Positions 11,291 to 23,992 of a stretch of 64,000 nucleotides of DNA are shown here, piece after piece. The stretch covers positions 95,234,001 through 95,298,000 of the forward strand of contig NC_086108.1 of the NCBI RefSeq assembly GCF_963921235.1, in the 5' to 3' direction. The DNA comes from Mobula hypostoma. Taxonomy: Eukaryota. Within the stretch, counting starts at the first letter, position 1; each line of letters starts with the position of its first letter. A program made the position numbers and the translations under genes. The notes beneath the pieces are model-generated. The model was given only the letters and a program-made list of their open reading frames with translations. It ran no database searches and was not told the origin of the DNA.

Positions 11291-13164
11291 TACCCCATTT
11301 CCAGAAAAGTTAGGATATTTTCCAAAATGCAATAAAAACAAAAATCTGTGATATGTTAATTCACGTGAACCTTTATTTAACTGACAAAAGTACAACAAAA
11401 AGATTTTCAATAGTTTTACTGACCAACTTAATTGTATTTTGTAAACATACACAAATTTAGAATTTGATGACTGCAACACACTAATAACTCTCTTTAATCG
11501 TTTTGGAACTGAGGATACTAATTGTAGTAGATTTGCAAATGGAAATTTTGTCCATCCTTGCTTGATATAAGATTTCAGCTGCTCAACAGTCTGTGGTCTC
11601 CATTGTCTGATTTTCCTCTGCATGATGCGCCGTACATTTTCAATAGGAGATAGATCTGGACTGGCAGCAGGCCAGTCAAGCACACGCACTCTGTGTCTAC
11701 AAAGCCACGCTGTTGTAGCCCCTGCAGAATGTGGTCTGGCATTGTCCTGCTGAAATAAGCCTGGATGTCCCGGGAAGAGACGTCGCCTTGATGGCAACAT
11801 ATGTCTCTCTAAAATCCGAATATATGCCTCAGAGTCAATGGTACCTTCACATATATGCAACTCACCCATGCCGTGGGCACTGATGCACCCTCATACTATC
11901 ACAGATGCTGGCTTTTGCACCTTTTGCTGATAACAATCTGGATGGTCGTTTTCATCTTTGGCATGGAGAACTCGACGCTTGTTTTTTCCAAAAACTAGCT
12001 GAAATGTGGACTCGTCTGACCACAGCACATGGTTCCACAGTCTTTCGGTCCATCTGAGCTGAGCTCGGGCCCAGAGAACTCGCCGGCGTTTCTGCATAGG
12101 GTTGATGTATGGCTTCCTCCTTGCGTAATACGGTTTCAAGTTGCATTTCTGGATGCAGTGACGGACTGTGTTGAGTGACAATGGTTTTCCGAAGTACTCC
12201 TGATCTTGCATTGAGAAATGTTCCTTTTGAACTGACTAACAATTCTGTCACGAATTTTGGCACAAAGGGGTCAGCCACGACCTGTCCTTGCTTGCAAAGA
12301 CTGAGCCTTTGATGACTGAACCTTATATTCCGTCTGGGTAGCCTCCAACCTGATGGCGTGAACATTGACTTCTCTAACTTCCACTAATGCCCCACCTCCC
12401 CCTCGTACCCCATCCGTTAGTTATTTATATACACACATTCTTTCTCTCTCTCTCCTTTTTCTCCCTCTGTCCCTCTGACTATACCCTTTGCCCATCCTCT
12501 GGGTTTTTTCCTCCCTCCCCCTTTTCCTTCTCCCTGGGCCTCCTGTCCCATGATCCTCTCATATCCCTTTTGCCAATCACCTGTCCAGCTCTTGGCTCCA
12601 TCCCATCCTCTCCTGTCTTCTCCTATCATTTTGGATCTCCCCCTCCCCCTCCCACTTTTAAATCTCTTACTAACTCTTCCTTCAGTTAGTCCTGACAAAG
12701 GGTCTCGGCCCGAAACGTCAACTGTACCTCTTCCTAGAGATGCTGCCTGGCCTGCTGCATTCACCAGCAACTTTGATGTGTGTTGCTTGAATTTCCAGCA
12801 TCTGCAGAATTCCTGGTGTTTACTTTGATGGACGCAACTTTTATACCCAGTTATGATACCTCACCTGCTACCAATTAGCCTGCTTAATGTGGAGTCTTCC
12901 AAACCGGTGTTATTTGAATTTTCTGTGCACTTTTCAATCTTATTTTAACTCTGTCCCAACTTTTGTTGAGTGTGTTGCAGCCGTCAAATTCTAAATTTGT
13001 GTATATTTACAAAATACAATTAAATTGGTCAGTAAAACTATTGAAAATCTTTTCTTTGCATTTTTGTCAGTTAAATAAAGGTTCACGTGAATTAACATAT
13101 CACAGATTTTAATTTTTATCGCATTTTGGAAAATATCCCAACTTTTCTGGAAATGGTGTTTGTA
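11291..13164 (-). mobile_element. Tc1-family DNA transposon (DD34E), decayed, with long TIRs
   Basis: TIRs of about 190 bp (CCATTTCCAGAAAAGTT.GGATATTTTCC...) at 11293-11482 and 12969-13162, flanked by TA; the left end has lost a few bases. Transposase pieces VLWSDES (11891-12211) and FQQDNARPH...WPAASPDLSPIEN (11285-11869), with 34 aa between D and E. Confidence 0.9.
12315..12822 (+). mobile_element. Penelope 3' fragment inserted in the Tc1
   Basis: LIFRLGSLQPDGVNIDFSNF stop, pyrimidine-rich UTR, mutated hammerhead (CTGACAA) at 12688-12723. 8-bp TSD CTTTGATG at 12307-12314 and 12823-12830. Confidence 0.88.
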
Positions 13165-13773
13165 TAACCAAATGGGGCCTAGGTTATGGCCGTGTGGAAC
13201 CCCACATTTGAATTATTGTACTGTAACTCTATATGCTATGACAAAAGCTTAAGATTGTTTTGATTTGATACAACACTATGGAAAATGTCATGACATTGAT
13301 AAAACTCTAGAAATCTCTCCAACTGAGGTTTTTTACCTTTTGGGAGGTGGGATAACATTTTCTGCTGTACTTACATTAATATGGAATATATATATAAAAA
13401 CTGATTACTTATTTGTATTCCTGAACAAATTCTCCACAAATCCATGTGATTATATGTATCCTAGGGTTTTTATTGACTTTTCCAAAATAAACAACAGACA
13501 AATATTTTTCTAAAAATGAAATGATTCACTCTACTGAACTTGGGCACTGTACTGCGAGTGCCACCAATGACATAGTTTTCAATGTAGAATTTTATAACAA
13601 CATTTGATGAAAAGTGCTTGAACTCCGCTATAATTGTGACAAATTTCAACGTTGAGGAATCACTGATGACAAAATACCACTAGGTTGAATATATATGTTG
13701 TACTTTATATTGGCCACTTTTCAGAAATGCTTATTTTAGGATAGTGTTATAAAATGTATGATAGCACACATCA

Positions 13774-13893
13774 AGCTGCCACTGGTGCAATGCTATCACG
13801 TATTTTCTAATGGAGATGTATACCTTGCCAAAAATCCCTATGAGCATTATTCGCCTCAGATGGTACCGACCAACCCTACTGGCTCACGGACTA
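13774..13893 (-). repeat. Academ right terminal inverted repeat
   Basis: Reverse complement reads TAGTCCGTGAGCCAG..GGTACCATCTGAGGCGAATAATG..GATTTTTGGCAAGGTATACA..GTGATAGCATTGCACCAGTGGCAGCT. Confidence 0.88.
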
Positions 13894-14092
13894 ATATGGA
13901 GGCATAGTGATTTTATTCCCTATTGAGATTCTCTGAATTTCTTCTTGTCATAGGAGATCAATTACTTACCCTGAAAATTGCAGACATGGAGATTGTTATC
14001 ATTAACGTACATACACTCTAAGCATGGAAGTCAATGATCCTGGTGCGTCAATTCACCTGTAAATTATATCATTATGTATATTAATTTTTAAA

Positions 14093-14615
14093 ACCCTGGT
14101 CACCTACCTATAAGAAAGATATCAACATGATTGAAAGAGTACAGAGAAAATTAACAAGGTTGTTGCCGGAACTTGAGGACCTGAGATATAGGGAAAGATT
14201 GATTAGGTTCGGACTTCATTTTATGTAGCATAGGAGTCTGCAGAGCAGACTCAATGAGCCAAGTGACCCAATTCTGCTCCTGTGTCTTGTAAGGGCAGAT
14301 TTGATAGAGGTATACAAAATTATGAGGGATGTAGATAGGCTAAATGCAGGTAAGCTTTCTTCCACTGAGGTTGTTTGAGAGTAGAACTCAGCATCATCGG
14401 TTAAGGGTGAAAGCTGAAATATTTAAGGGGAACTTCAGTCAGAGGATGGTGAGACTATGGAAAGCGCTGCCCGGAGAAGTGGTGGATTTGATTTCAATAT
14501 TGAAGACAAGTTTAGATAATTACATGGATGGGAGGGCTATGGTACAGATGGAGGTCAATGGGACAAGCAGAATAATGGACTCTGTGCCAGAGGGTTTGCT
14601 TCTGTTCTGTAGTAT
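14093..14615 (+). mobile_element. CR1 3' fragment
   Basis: WSPTYKKD...IERVQRK, DLIEVYKIMR and F.QR.V.LW motifs. Confidence 0.75.
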
Positions 14616-14799
14616 TCAAATCAGAAGGTAAACCAGATACAAGTGGAGTTAAATAATTTGTCCAGTTTCATAGATCACACTACCAAACCTTAAGGATCTC
14701 AAGGATCACTTTTGGCTCATTGGCTATAGTTTGAATACCCATGATAGAGACAAATCAATGACTGAAAAATGTGCTAAACTGAGTGCCAGCCAGTGATGT

Positions 14800-14930
14800 T
14801 CATAGAAACATAGAAAACCTACAGCACAATGCAGGCCCTTTGGCCCACGATGCTGTGCCAAACATGTACTTACTTTAGAAATTACCTTGAGTTACCCATA
14901 GCCTTCTATTTTTCTAAGCTCCGTGTACCT
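14800..14930 (-). mobile_element. CR1 extreme 3' end (tail fragment)
   Basis: CATAGAAACATAGAAAACCTACAGCACAAT, similar to 1450-1580. Confidence 0.7.
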
Positions 14931-16875
14931 ATGACTGTGTGGTTAGGCATAGCTCAAATACCATCTACAAATTTGCTGACGATACAACCATTGTTGGTAG
15001 AATCTCAGGTGGTGACGAGAGAGTGTACAGGAGTGAGATATGCCAACTAGTGAAGTGGTGTCACAGCAACCTGGCACTGAATGTCATTAAGACGAAAGAG
15101 CTGATTGTGGACTTCAGGAAGGGTAAGACAACGGAACACATACCAATCTTCGTAGAGGGATCAGAAGTGGAGAGAGTGAGCAGCTTCAAGTTCCTGGGTG
15201 TCAAGATCTCTGAGGATCCAACCTGGTCCTAACATGTCGATGTAGTTATAAAGAAGGCAAGACAGCGGCTATACTTCATTAGGAGTTTGAAGAGATTTGG
15301 CACGTCAACAAATAAACTCAAAAAGGGGACAAGCTCTCCTCCAGAATCACTCTGAGCACCGGTGCCCCACAAGGCTGTGTACTCAGCCCCCTGCTGTACT
15401 CACTGTACACCCATGATTATGTAGCCAAGTTTCCATCAAACTCAATATATAAGTTTGCTGATGACACAGTTGTAGGCCGTATCTCAGGTGATGATAAGCT
15501 TGAGTACAGAGAGGAAATTAAGAACCTGGAGGCATGGTACAAAGACAATAACTTATCCCTCAACGTCAGCAAGACGAAGGAATTGGTTGTTGACTTCAGA
15601 AGGAGTAGCTCGACCCAGTTTACATCGGTGGTGCGCAAGTGGAACAGGTCAAAAGCTTTAAGTTCCTCGGGGTCAATATCACAAATGACCTGACTTGGTC
15701 CAACCAAGCAGAGTCCACTGCCAAGAAAGCCTACCAGCGCCTTTACTTCCTGAGAAAGCTAAAGAAATTTGGCCTGTCCCCTAAAACTCTCACTAATTTT
15801 TATAGATGCACCGTAGAAAGCATTCTTCTAGGGTGCATCACAACCTGGTATGGAAGTTGTCCGGTCCAAGACTGGAAGAAGCTGCAGAAGATCGTGAACA
15901 CAGCCCAGCACATCACACAAACCAATCTTCCATCCTTGGACTCACTTTACGCTGCACGCTGTCGGAGCAGTGCTGCCAGGATAATCAAGGACACGACCCA
16001 CCCAGCCAACGCACTTCTTGTCCCCCTTCCCTCCGAGAGAAGGCTCAGGAGCTTGAAGACTCGTATGGCCAGATTTGGGAACAGCTTCTTTTCAATTGTG
16101 ATCAGACTGCTGAACGGATCCTGACCCGGATCTGGGCCGTACCCTCCAAATATCCAGACCTGTGTCTCAGTTTTTTTCCACTGCCAACATTGAGAGTGCC
16201 GACTTACCATAGGGATTGAAACATCAAGTCCCAGTAGCTCTACTTTCCCTTTTCTATTTTCTATTTATGATTTATAATTTAAATTTTTACAATTTACTAT
16301 CGATTTGTACTCCAGGGAGCACAAAGCGCAGAATCAAATATCGCTGTGATGATTGTACACTCTAGTAATCAATTGTTTGGCAACAATAAGGTAAAGTAAC
16401 TTCTATAGTTGTACCGTGGAGAGCATTCTAACAGGCTGCATCACTGTCTGGTATGGAGGGGCTACTGCACAGGACCGAAAGAAGCTGCAGAAGGTTGTAA
16501 ATCTAGTCAGCTCCATCTTGGGCACTAGCCTACAAAGTAACCTGGACATCTTTAGGGAGCAGTGTCTCAGAAAGGGAGCGTCCATTATTAAAAACCTCCA
16601 GCATCTATGGCATGCCCTTTTCTCACTGTTACCATCAGGTTGGAGATACAGAAGCCTGAAGGCACACACTCAGCGATTCAGGAACAGCTTCTTCCCCTCT
16701 GCCATCCAATTCCTAAATGGACATTGAATCTTTGGACACTACCTCGCTTTTCCTTAATATACAATATTTCTGTTTTTGCACATTTTTAGAAATCTATTTA
16801 ATATATGTAATTGACGTACTTGTTTATTTATGTTTTATTTTATATATTATTTCTCTCTGCTAGATTATGTATTTT
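14931..16875 (+). mobile_element. Rex1/Babar-like LINE fragment with a second Rex1-like copy (about 15325-16397) nested inside
   Basis: KFADDTT, KTKELIVDFR, FKFLGV and QRLYFLR motifs in both copies. The outer copy breaks at ACTCAAAA (15324) and resumes ACTTCTATAGTTGTACC (FY.CTVESILTGCITVWYG) at about 16399. Confidence 0.8.
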
Positions 16876-16879
16876 CTCC

Positions 16880-17562
16880 ATCTCTGTCTAAATGTGCAAT
16901 ATTTAGTAATTTATAATAAATAGTATGTACAGCAGGATAGTCAATATAGCATGGAAGTACAATTGTATCAGTGTCAATGAATCAGTCTGATGTCCTGGTG
17001 GAAGAAGCTGTTGGTCCTGGCTTTAATGCTGCGGTACCATTTCCTGAATGGTAGCAGCTGGAACAGTTTGTGGTTGGGGTGACTCGGGTCCCCAGTGCTC
17101 CTTCGGGCCCTTGTTACACACCTGTAAATGTCCTGAATAGTGGGAAGTTCACATCTACAGATATGCTGGGCTGTCCGTGCCACTCTCTGCAGAGTCCTGT
17201 GATTGAGGGAAGTACAGTTCCTGTACCAGGCAGTGATGCAGCCAGTCAGGATGCTCTCAATTGTGCCCCTCGAGAAAGTTCTTGGGATTTGGGGCCCCAT
17301 ACCAAACTACTTCAATCATCTGAGGTAAAAGAGGCACTTTTGTGCCTTTTTCACCCACGGCCCGTTTCTACAGACCATGCGAGATCCTTGGTGATGTGCA
17401 TGCCGAGGAACGTAAAGCTGTTCACCCTCTCAACCCTAGATCCATTGTTGTCAATAGGGGTTAGCCTGCCTCTGTTCCTCCGGTAGTCCACAACCAGCTC
17501 CTTTGTTTTTGGGACATTGAGGGAGAGGCTGTTTTCTTGACACCACTATGTCAGGGTGATGA
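16880..17562 (-). mobile_element. Rex1/Babar-like LINE 3' fragment
   Basis: ORF 16974-17300 with ESILTGCITAWY, DPSHP.H.LF.LLP and NSFF. Confidence 0.8.
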
Positions 17563-18212
17563 CTGATGCAGAATTTAATTTTCAGTTAATAGTATTTAAA
17601 ATTTGAGAATGAAATGCAGTAAGTAATCAGTTAGGCAAAAACAAATAGTTAGGAGGACAAATGTTCTGCTGGTCTTCATTGCAAGGGGTTTTGAGTAAAC
17701 AACCCTTGCTGCAACTGTGCCAGGCTTTGATTAGTGCTTATCTGGGGGACTATTTCTGAATTTGGTCTGTGCAGCATAAACTCGTAGGGGTGATTCCTGG
17801 AATGAGTCTGTTCTACCAGGTAGAGAGATGTGAATAAAGTTGGTGTATTTTCATTAGTGTTTGGCAAAATATTAAGTGAAATAAGGCATGTGTTCTGCAT
17901 TGATATTGTATTTGTTGGAGGAGCCCATTTTGTACTCTGTCATAATATGTTCCCATTTTCCCCTCAACTCACTTGAAGGTATCAGTCCCTCATTTAGTGT
18001 TAATTTGTTTTTGTTTCTCTTTGGTGGAAGATGGTTTATTCATCGAGTGGATAAATATTTCTTGATTCTAACAGTAGGTTCATAGAAAACAAATGCAAAA
18101 TGAGACCTGAGCAAGCAGGACCACTAGAGGCACTACTTAGTAATTGCACTATGTGGAGATGTGCACTGGACAATGATGAACTACATTGAGATGTTATGAG
18201 ATGGCAGATATA

Positions 18213-19650
18213 TTGGTTTGGTTCATTCATAGCTTGTCACACCAGACAGCCAGCCACTCTAGTGTTGTTTGGTTGAATGTGAGCAGGTCAGTGTCAGTTA
18301 AATCAGGTGAGAGTGGGCAGTTGCGCAGAACGTGTTCAATGTTCTGCACCCTTTTGCCACACTCACAGGATTCGCTGGTCTTTAAACCCCACTTCACCAT
18401 ATTGTCTCCCGTCCTACAAACTCCCGCTCTCGCTCTGTTGAGAGTGCACCACTTCCGTCTGTCAAGCAGTGCCCCATCTGGCAACATTTCTGTGGGGTCT
18501 TGCACTGTATTGTTTGGTGGGGTTCTGGCTTCTGTTTGTTGCCAGAGGTCAATCCTGTATGTTTGGAGAGATGTTCTGTGCGGTAGTTCCTCCACTGTGG
18601 CAAAGCTTTTTCTCGATTTTAGGTGGTTGGAAACTGGCATATGATGATGTTGTGGGTGCCGTGGATCCAAGTTCTGTTTACCTTTTTCAATTTTTGTTGA
18701 GTGTCTTCGGATCTCTGGGGGAGCAATGCCTGTAAGTCTGTAAATGATGTTACCGGGTGTGGGGCGCAGTGTGCCCATGATTATTCAGCAGGTTTCATTA
18801 AGCAACGAGTCTATTTTCTTCACGTGGGCTGATCTGCCCCACACAGGTGCACAGTATTCTGCAAGGTGCATAGCAGAGTGCTAGGGTAGTTGATCTAAGT
18901 GTGTGAGCATTAGCTCCCCATTATGTGCCTGGTAATTTTTTCAAGAGAGAATTGCGAGAGCCAATTTTCCCTCAGAGGTTTTGGATGTGGGTGGCAAATG
19001 AGAGTGTCCTATCCAGTGTCACACCCAGGTAAATTGGAGTTGGTTGGTGTTCAAGCTCCTTCCCACACCAGAAGATCTTGATTTTCTGAGCTGCTTCTCG
19101 ATTCCTCAGGTGGAATGCACACACTTGAGTTTTTGATGGATTTGAGTTCAGAGACCATTTTTCATAATACTGCTTCATTGTTTTGAGGACTGCTGGAAGT
19201 CGTACTTCAGCTTCTTGGAAGGAGTTAGCTTGTGTTGCTATGCATAGGTCATCTGCATAAATAAACCTGCGTGTGTTAGGAAAGGTTGGTTGGTCGTTTG
19301 TGTACACAATAAATAGTAGTGGTGCCAGGACTGATCCCTGTGGTAGTCCGTTCTTTTGTGGACACCACCTACTCTTAATTCCATTCATTTCTACATAAAA
19401 TCTGCTATTTTCTGGGAGGCTTCTTATTACTTTGACTGTGGTTTCGTTCTTTAACATTTTGGATAATTTCAGTAGAAGGCCTGTGTGATTCACAGTGTTG
19501 TATGCTGCTGTTAAGTCAACGAATACTGCCCCTGTAATTTGTTGCATTTCAAAACCATCCTCAAAGTACTGGGTTAAGTTCAGGACTTGACTGCAGCAAG
19601 AGCGGCCTGGCCTGAACCCGGCTTGGTCTGGTGTTAGAAGATCTTCGACG
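18213..19650 (-). mobile_element. Vingi (Ingi-related) non-LTR retrotransposon, 5'-truncated
   Basis: RT motifs QAGFRPGRSC, FVDLTAAY, GLPQGSVLAP, IYADD, YLGVTLDRTL. C-terminal GTLRPTP..GIAPPEIRR, LKSRKSF and CECG..Q..EHVL..CP (CCHC). No RNase H. Very short 3' UTR. Confidence 0.75.
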
Positions 19651-19799
19651 TTTGATGGAAGAATGGGTTGGCTTTTAGTTAAAAGGTTTTTGCAATCTAA
19701 ACAAAGCACACAAGGGGCAGGAGGTTGTGGGAAACATGTGTTTAAGCCAGAAGGAAGAGTGTGAACATGAGGTTGTGCAGATGGTAGAAATCCCAAATA

Positions 19800-19972
19800 A
19801 TATGCACAAAATGCTGAAGGATCTTAGCAGAACACACAACATCTATGGAGAGGAATAAAAAGTTGCCATTTTGGGCCAAGACTTTTCATCGGGATCCACC
19901 TGTGTCCCTTTATTCAATGTGTCCCATTGCCTCTTTATTCTTCTCCATTGATTCTGCCTGACCTGCTGAGAA
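19800..19972 (-). repeat. Short Penelope-derived palindromic element with a degenerate hammerhead
   Basis: ATCTATGGAGAGGAATAAA is mirrored by TTTATTCTTCTCCATTGAT. A hammerhead-like segment lies at 19861-19894. Confidence 0.6.
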
Positions 19973-20457
19973 GTGTTAAGATGGTTTTGTAAATCTGAGT
20001 AACTGGCAAAAATTGGGAGTGTATAAGTTCTTTGGTCAAAAATAAGAGCCATCAGAAATTAGGATTTCAATTGCACTGTTGTCACTGGATTTCCCCAACC
20101 AGGTTGTCTAAGAAGCTAGTACCAGTTTTAAGCCATAATGGAGAAACTCAGAGTAACTGAACAATGATGTCTTGTGAATGATATTCTTGAACTGTATCCC
20201 TTCAAGCACCATTATAGGATTTCATCAGTTACTCTCGGTAGAAGAAAGGCATTGTGGAATACTATCCTCAGTATTTTATGAAGAAAACCCCTCAATCATT
20301 TGTATTTTAAGATCTTGGCATCGCAGGCATGGTCAGCACACTTGTTTCCTATCCTTAACATTCTTAGTTGACTTCAAGAGAGTGGAGAGAGAGCCACCTT
20401 CTGGAAACACTGCAGCCTTACTACTGAAGGTACTTTCACAGTCCACAGAGATACTGG

Positions 20458-21168
20458 GCCATAAGACATGGGAGCAGAATTAAGCCATTCAGGCCAACGT
20501 CTGCTTCACCTTTCTATCATGGCTGATCCCGGATCCCGCTCAACCCCATACACCTGCCTTCCTTTGATGCCCTGACCGATCAGGAAATGATCAACTTCCA
20601 CCTTAAATAAACCCATGAGCATGGCTTCCACCGCAGTCTGTAGCAGAGCATTCCACAGATTTACTACTCTCTGGCTAAAAAAACAATTCCCCTTACTTTG
20701 TTCTAAAGGGTGGCCCCTCAATTTTGAGACTGTGCCCTCTAGTTCTGGATACCCCCACCATAGGAAACATCCTCTCCACATCCACCTTATCCAGATCTTT
20801 CAACATTCAATAGGTTTCAATGAGATTTCCCCCCCCCCAGCATTCTTCTGATTTCCAGTGATTACAATAAGCTGTCAAACACTCCTCATATTTTAACCCC
20901 TTCATTCCCAGAATCATCCTCATGAACCTCCTCTGGACCTCTCCAATGACAACATATCTTTTCTGAGATATGGGGCCCAAAACTGTTGACGGTACTTGAC
21001 GGTACTCCAAGTGCAGCCTGACTAGTGTCTTATAAAGGCTCAGCATTATCTCCTTGCTTTTATATTCTATTGCCCTTGAAATAAATGCCAAGATTGCATT
21101 TACCTTCTTTACCACACACTCAACCTGTAAATTTAATTCTGGAAGTCTTGCACAAGGACTTTGGTAGA
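20458..21168 (-). mobile_element. CR1 3' fragment
   Basis: LYKTLVR.HLEY and FFSQRVVNLWN motifs, tail CCATAAGAC. Confidence 0.8.
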
Positions 21169-21990
21169 GGTGTATCCCCATCCCACCACCTAGAAATTGA
21201 ATGGTAGAGGAGTCAAAAGGCCACCTACTGTTATGTTCTTATAATGTCGTGCAGATCTTCTTAATAACATTATTAGTACTGATATGAGTGTAAAAGTCTG
21301 TGGTATTCTTTGCTCCAGATTCATTTCGTGATGTTCTGCCTGGGCACCATCTTGAGATTTCTGAATTTCCCATTGGTACTGAGGTGGTTATAGTTTCAGT
21401 CAGTTACTTCGTCTAAAAATGAAAGTTGAAGAGTTCATGAATTCACATTCTTAACTGTAATAGTTGTTTGATTCAGTAGATGGCAGTAAGAATGTGGTTT
21501 GATCAGTTAGAGACTTCTCACGATATCAGTGGTATTAAGTAGTCAGAATGCAAATAATTTTTCGATGTGGCATAAAAAGCACCTAAAATTTAATCTGATA
21601 TTTGAAGAAGTAGGTGGGAAAAGTAAGTGATAATTGGTTTTAATTGGTGTTTCAGTCTGACCAAGTAGACCTTTTCTCTGGTTTACCAGAGTATGTTGTG
21701 TGCAAATCTTCTTTGGTCACATTTAGTGTGGACCTTAATATACATTAGGGAAAATCATTTTCTCCACATGAATCCCACGTAATTTATTTCCTCGCCTCCC
21801 CCTTTGCCTCCACCCCTCCCCACCAATTCCTTCCCCTTCCTCCCAGTCATGTTTTTAACCCAAGTCTGGGACTCTCTCTACTTTAATACTAGCTATCACA
21901 GAAAAGCTGTACAAAATGAGTCTGCCTTTGAAAAACATTATGACAGGATATTCAGCCATCCTTGATTGAATATGAAATCATTGTTCTTTA

Positions 21991-22726
21991 AGCAACACAC
22001 ATCAAAGTTGCTGGTGAACGCAGCGGGCCAGGCAGCATCTCTAGGAAAAGGTAAAGTCGACGTTTCAGGCCGAGACCCTTCGTCAGGACTAACTGATGGA
22101 AGAGTTAGTAAGAGATTTGAGAGGAGGAGGGGGAGATCCAAAATGATAGGAGAAGACAGGAGGGGGAGGGATGGAGCCAAGAGCTGGACAGGTGATTGGC
22201 AAAGGGGATATGAGAGGATCATGGGACAGGAGGTCCGGGAAGAAAGACAAGGGGGGGAACCAGAGGATGGGCAAGGGGTATAGTTAGAGGGACAGAGGGA
22301 GAAAAAGAAGAGTGAGAGAAAAAATGTGTGTATAAAAATAAATAACGGATGGGGTACGAGGAGGAGGTTGGGCATTAGCGGAAGTTAGAGAAGTCAATGT
22401 TCATGCCATCAGGTTGGAGGCTACCCAGATGGAATATAAGGTGTTGTTCCTCCAACCTGAGTGTGGCTTCATCTTTACAGTAGAGGAGGCCGTGGATAGA
22501 CATGCCAGAATGGGATGTGGAATTAAAATGTGTGGCCACTGGGAGATACTGCTTTCTCTGGTGGACAGAGCGTAGGTGTTCAGCAAAGCGGTCTCCCAGT
22601 CTGCGTCGGGTCTCGCCAGTATATAGAAGGCCACATCGAGAGCACCGGACGCAGTATATCACCCCAGCCGACTCACAGGTGAAGTGTCGCCTCACCTGGA
22701 AGGACTGTTTGGGGCCCTGAATGGTA
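21991..22726 (-). mobile_element. Penelope 3' fragment (GIY-YIG domain plus UTR with intact hammerhead at 22055-22090)
   Basis: ORF 22375-22695 is near-identical to the C terminus of 8505-9623. The hammerhead sequence is identical to 8175-8210. Confidence 0.9.
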
Positions 22727-23992
22727 GTTCAGTTTGGAAGACTGGCACCTTGGTGAAATTCAGCACCCCAAGTATTGGACAGATTGGTAAATTGGGGCTT
22801 TTCACAGACTTGTTCTTGCTGTGGTTTATGGGTATGTATTAATATTAATTAATAGACTAGACATGCAAATTAGCTCTTTACTGCAGTGAGATACTGTGTT
22901 TCTTATATATGTTAGCTTCTAGTGAATTTTTTTTTTCCTCCCCAGTGTTAGTTGAGATTCAACCAAGTGAACTGGCGGAAGCATGTGCTGTTTGTAATGA
23001 TGACAAACACCCTAAAGTCCTACTTTACAAAGTTTGCCCTCCTTGTTAAAGGACTCTGCCTTGCTGCTGCAGGAAATGCTTGATAAAGGTCCTCTGCAGG
23101 TTCTGTTCCTGTGAACTGTTGTAACCCAAACAGTTCACAAGTTCACAAATGGCTGTGAGCCGATTTCCCACACAATGACAGGTGTCTGCATTTCCTAAGC
23201 AGCTAACAAATTCTTCCTGCTGGTCTCCAAAGTGCTCATTCGTATGTACATGCTGTATATAAGTCAGGCATTTGCGGGCTGGGAAGGTCCTAAAAGTATC
23301 CTACCTAAATACCTATCTTTCACGCACATCAGTTATTGATAGCAGGTGTCTCAGTCAAGGTCATAAATTTGAAATCTACATCAGTTTGTGTCATTTTTCC
23401 AGAGGAAGGTTAATGCCTAGAATTAAGGCTTGAGGGGATAGATTCCCTCTATTTCACAGCCATCCCTAACCCAGAGCCAGAGAGGATCCTTATAGCATCT
23501 TATTTCTGTAATCCCGGAGACCAAAGGGGATCCTGATGGAGTACCCAATCATGAAGGGCACAGGCAGGACAGATGGTAAGAAACTTTTCCTGCAAAGTAA
23601 AGGTATCTGTTTGTAAAAGTAGAAGGCATAGGTTTAGGAAGGGGGTTATTATTAGAATGAATCTGAGGAGGAGCTTCACACAGAGTGATTGGAATCTAGA
23701 ATGCACCACTGGTGGGTGGTTGGAGGCAAGTATTCCCACAATATTTAATAAATAACTACACAGGTATTTGGTGGCACAGAGAAGGCCACATGGCAAATGC
23801 TGGTAGTTGGGATTAGAAGAGATGGGTCTAATGCATCATGTGATGGTAACATCATGGGTAAGATCCTCCCAACCATTGATCACATCTACATGAAATGTTG
23901 CCATAGAAAAACAGCATGCATCATCAAAGATCCTCACCACCCAGGCCATGCTCTTTTCTTACTGCTGCCATCTTGATGGTCATTGTTTGAAT

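Larger units (their letters stand above)
7251..13893 (+). mobile_element. Academ (AcademX-type) DNA transposon, internally deleted, with nested insertions
   Basis: Imperfect TIRs at 7251-7380 and 13774-13893 begin TAGTC(T/C)GTGAGCCAG. 3-bp TSD ATA at 7248-7250 and 13894-13896. Remnant protein with XPG/PIN-like and Cys8 motifs typical of Academ. Confidence 0.85.

Noticed and set aside
22926..23050. Polypyrimidine tract plus CAG followed by a short Cys-containing frame (cryptic exon)
   Set aside because: Phase 0 hits an immediate stop, the open frame is incompatible with EVI5 phase, and no homology is recognisable.
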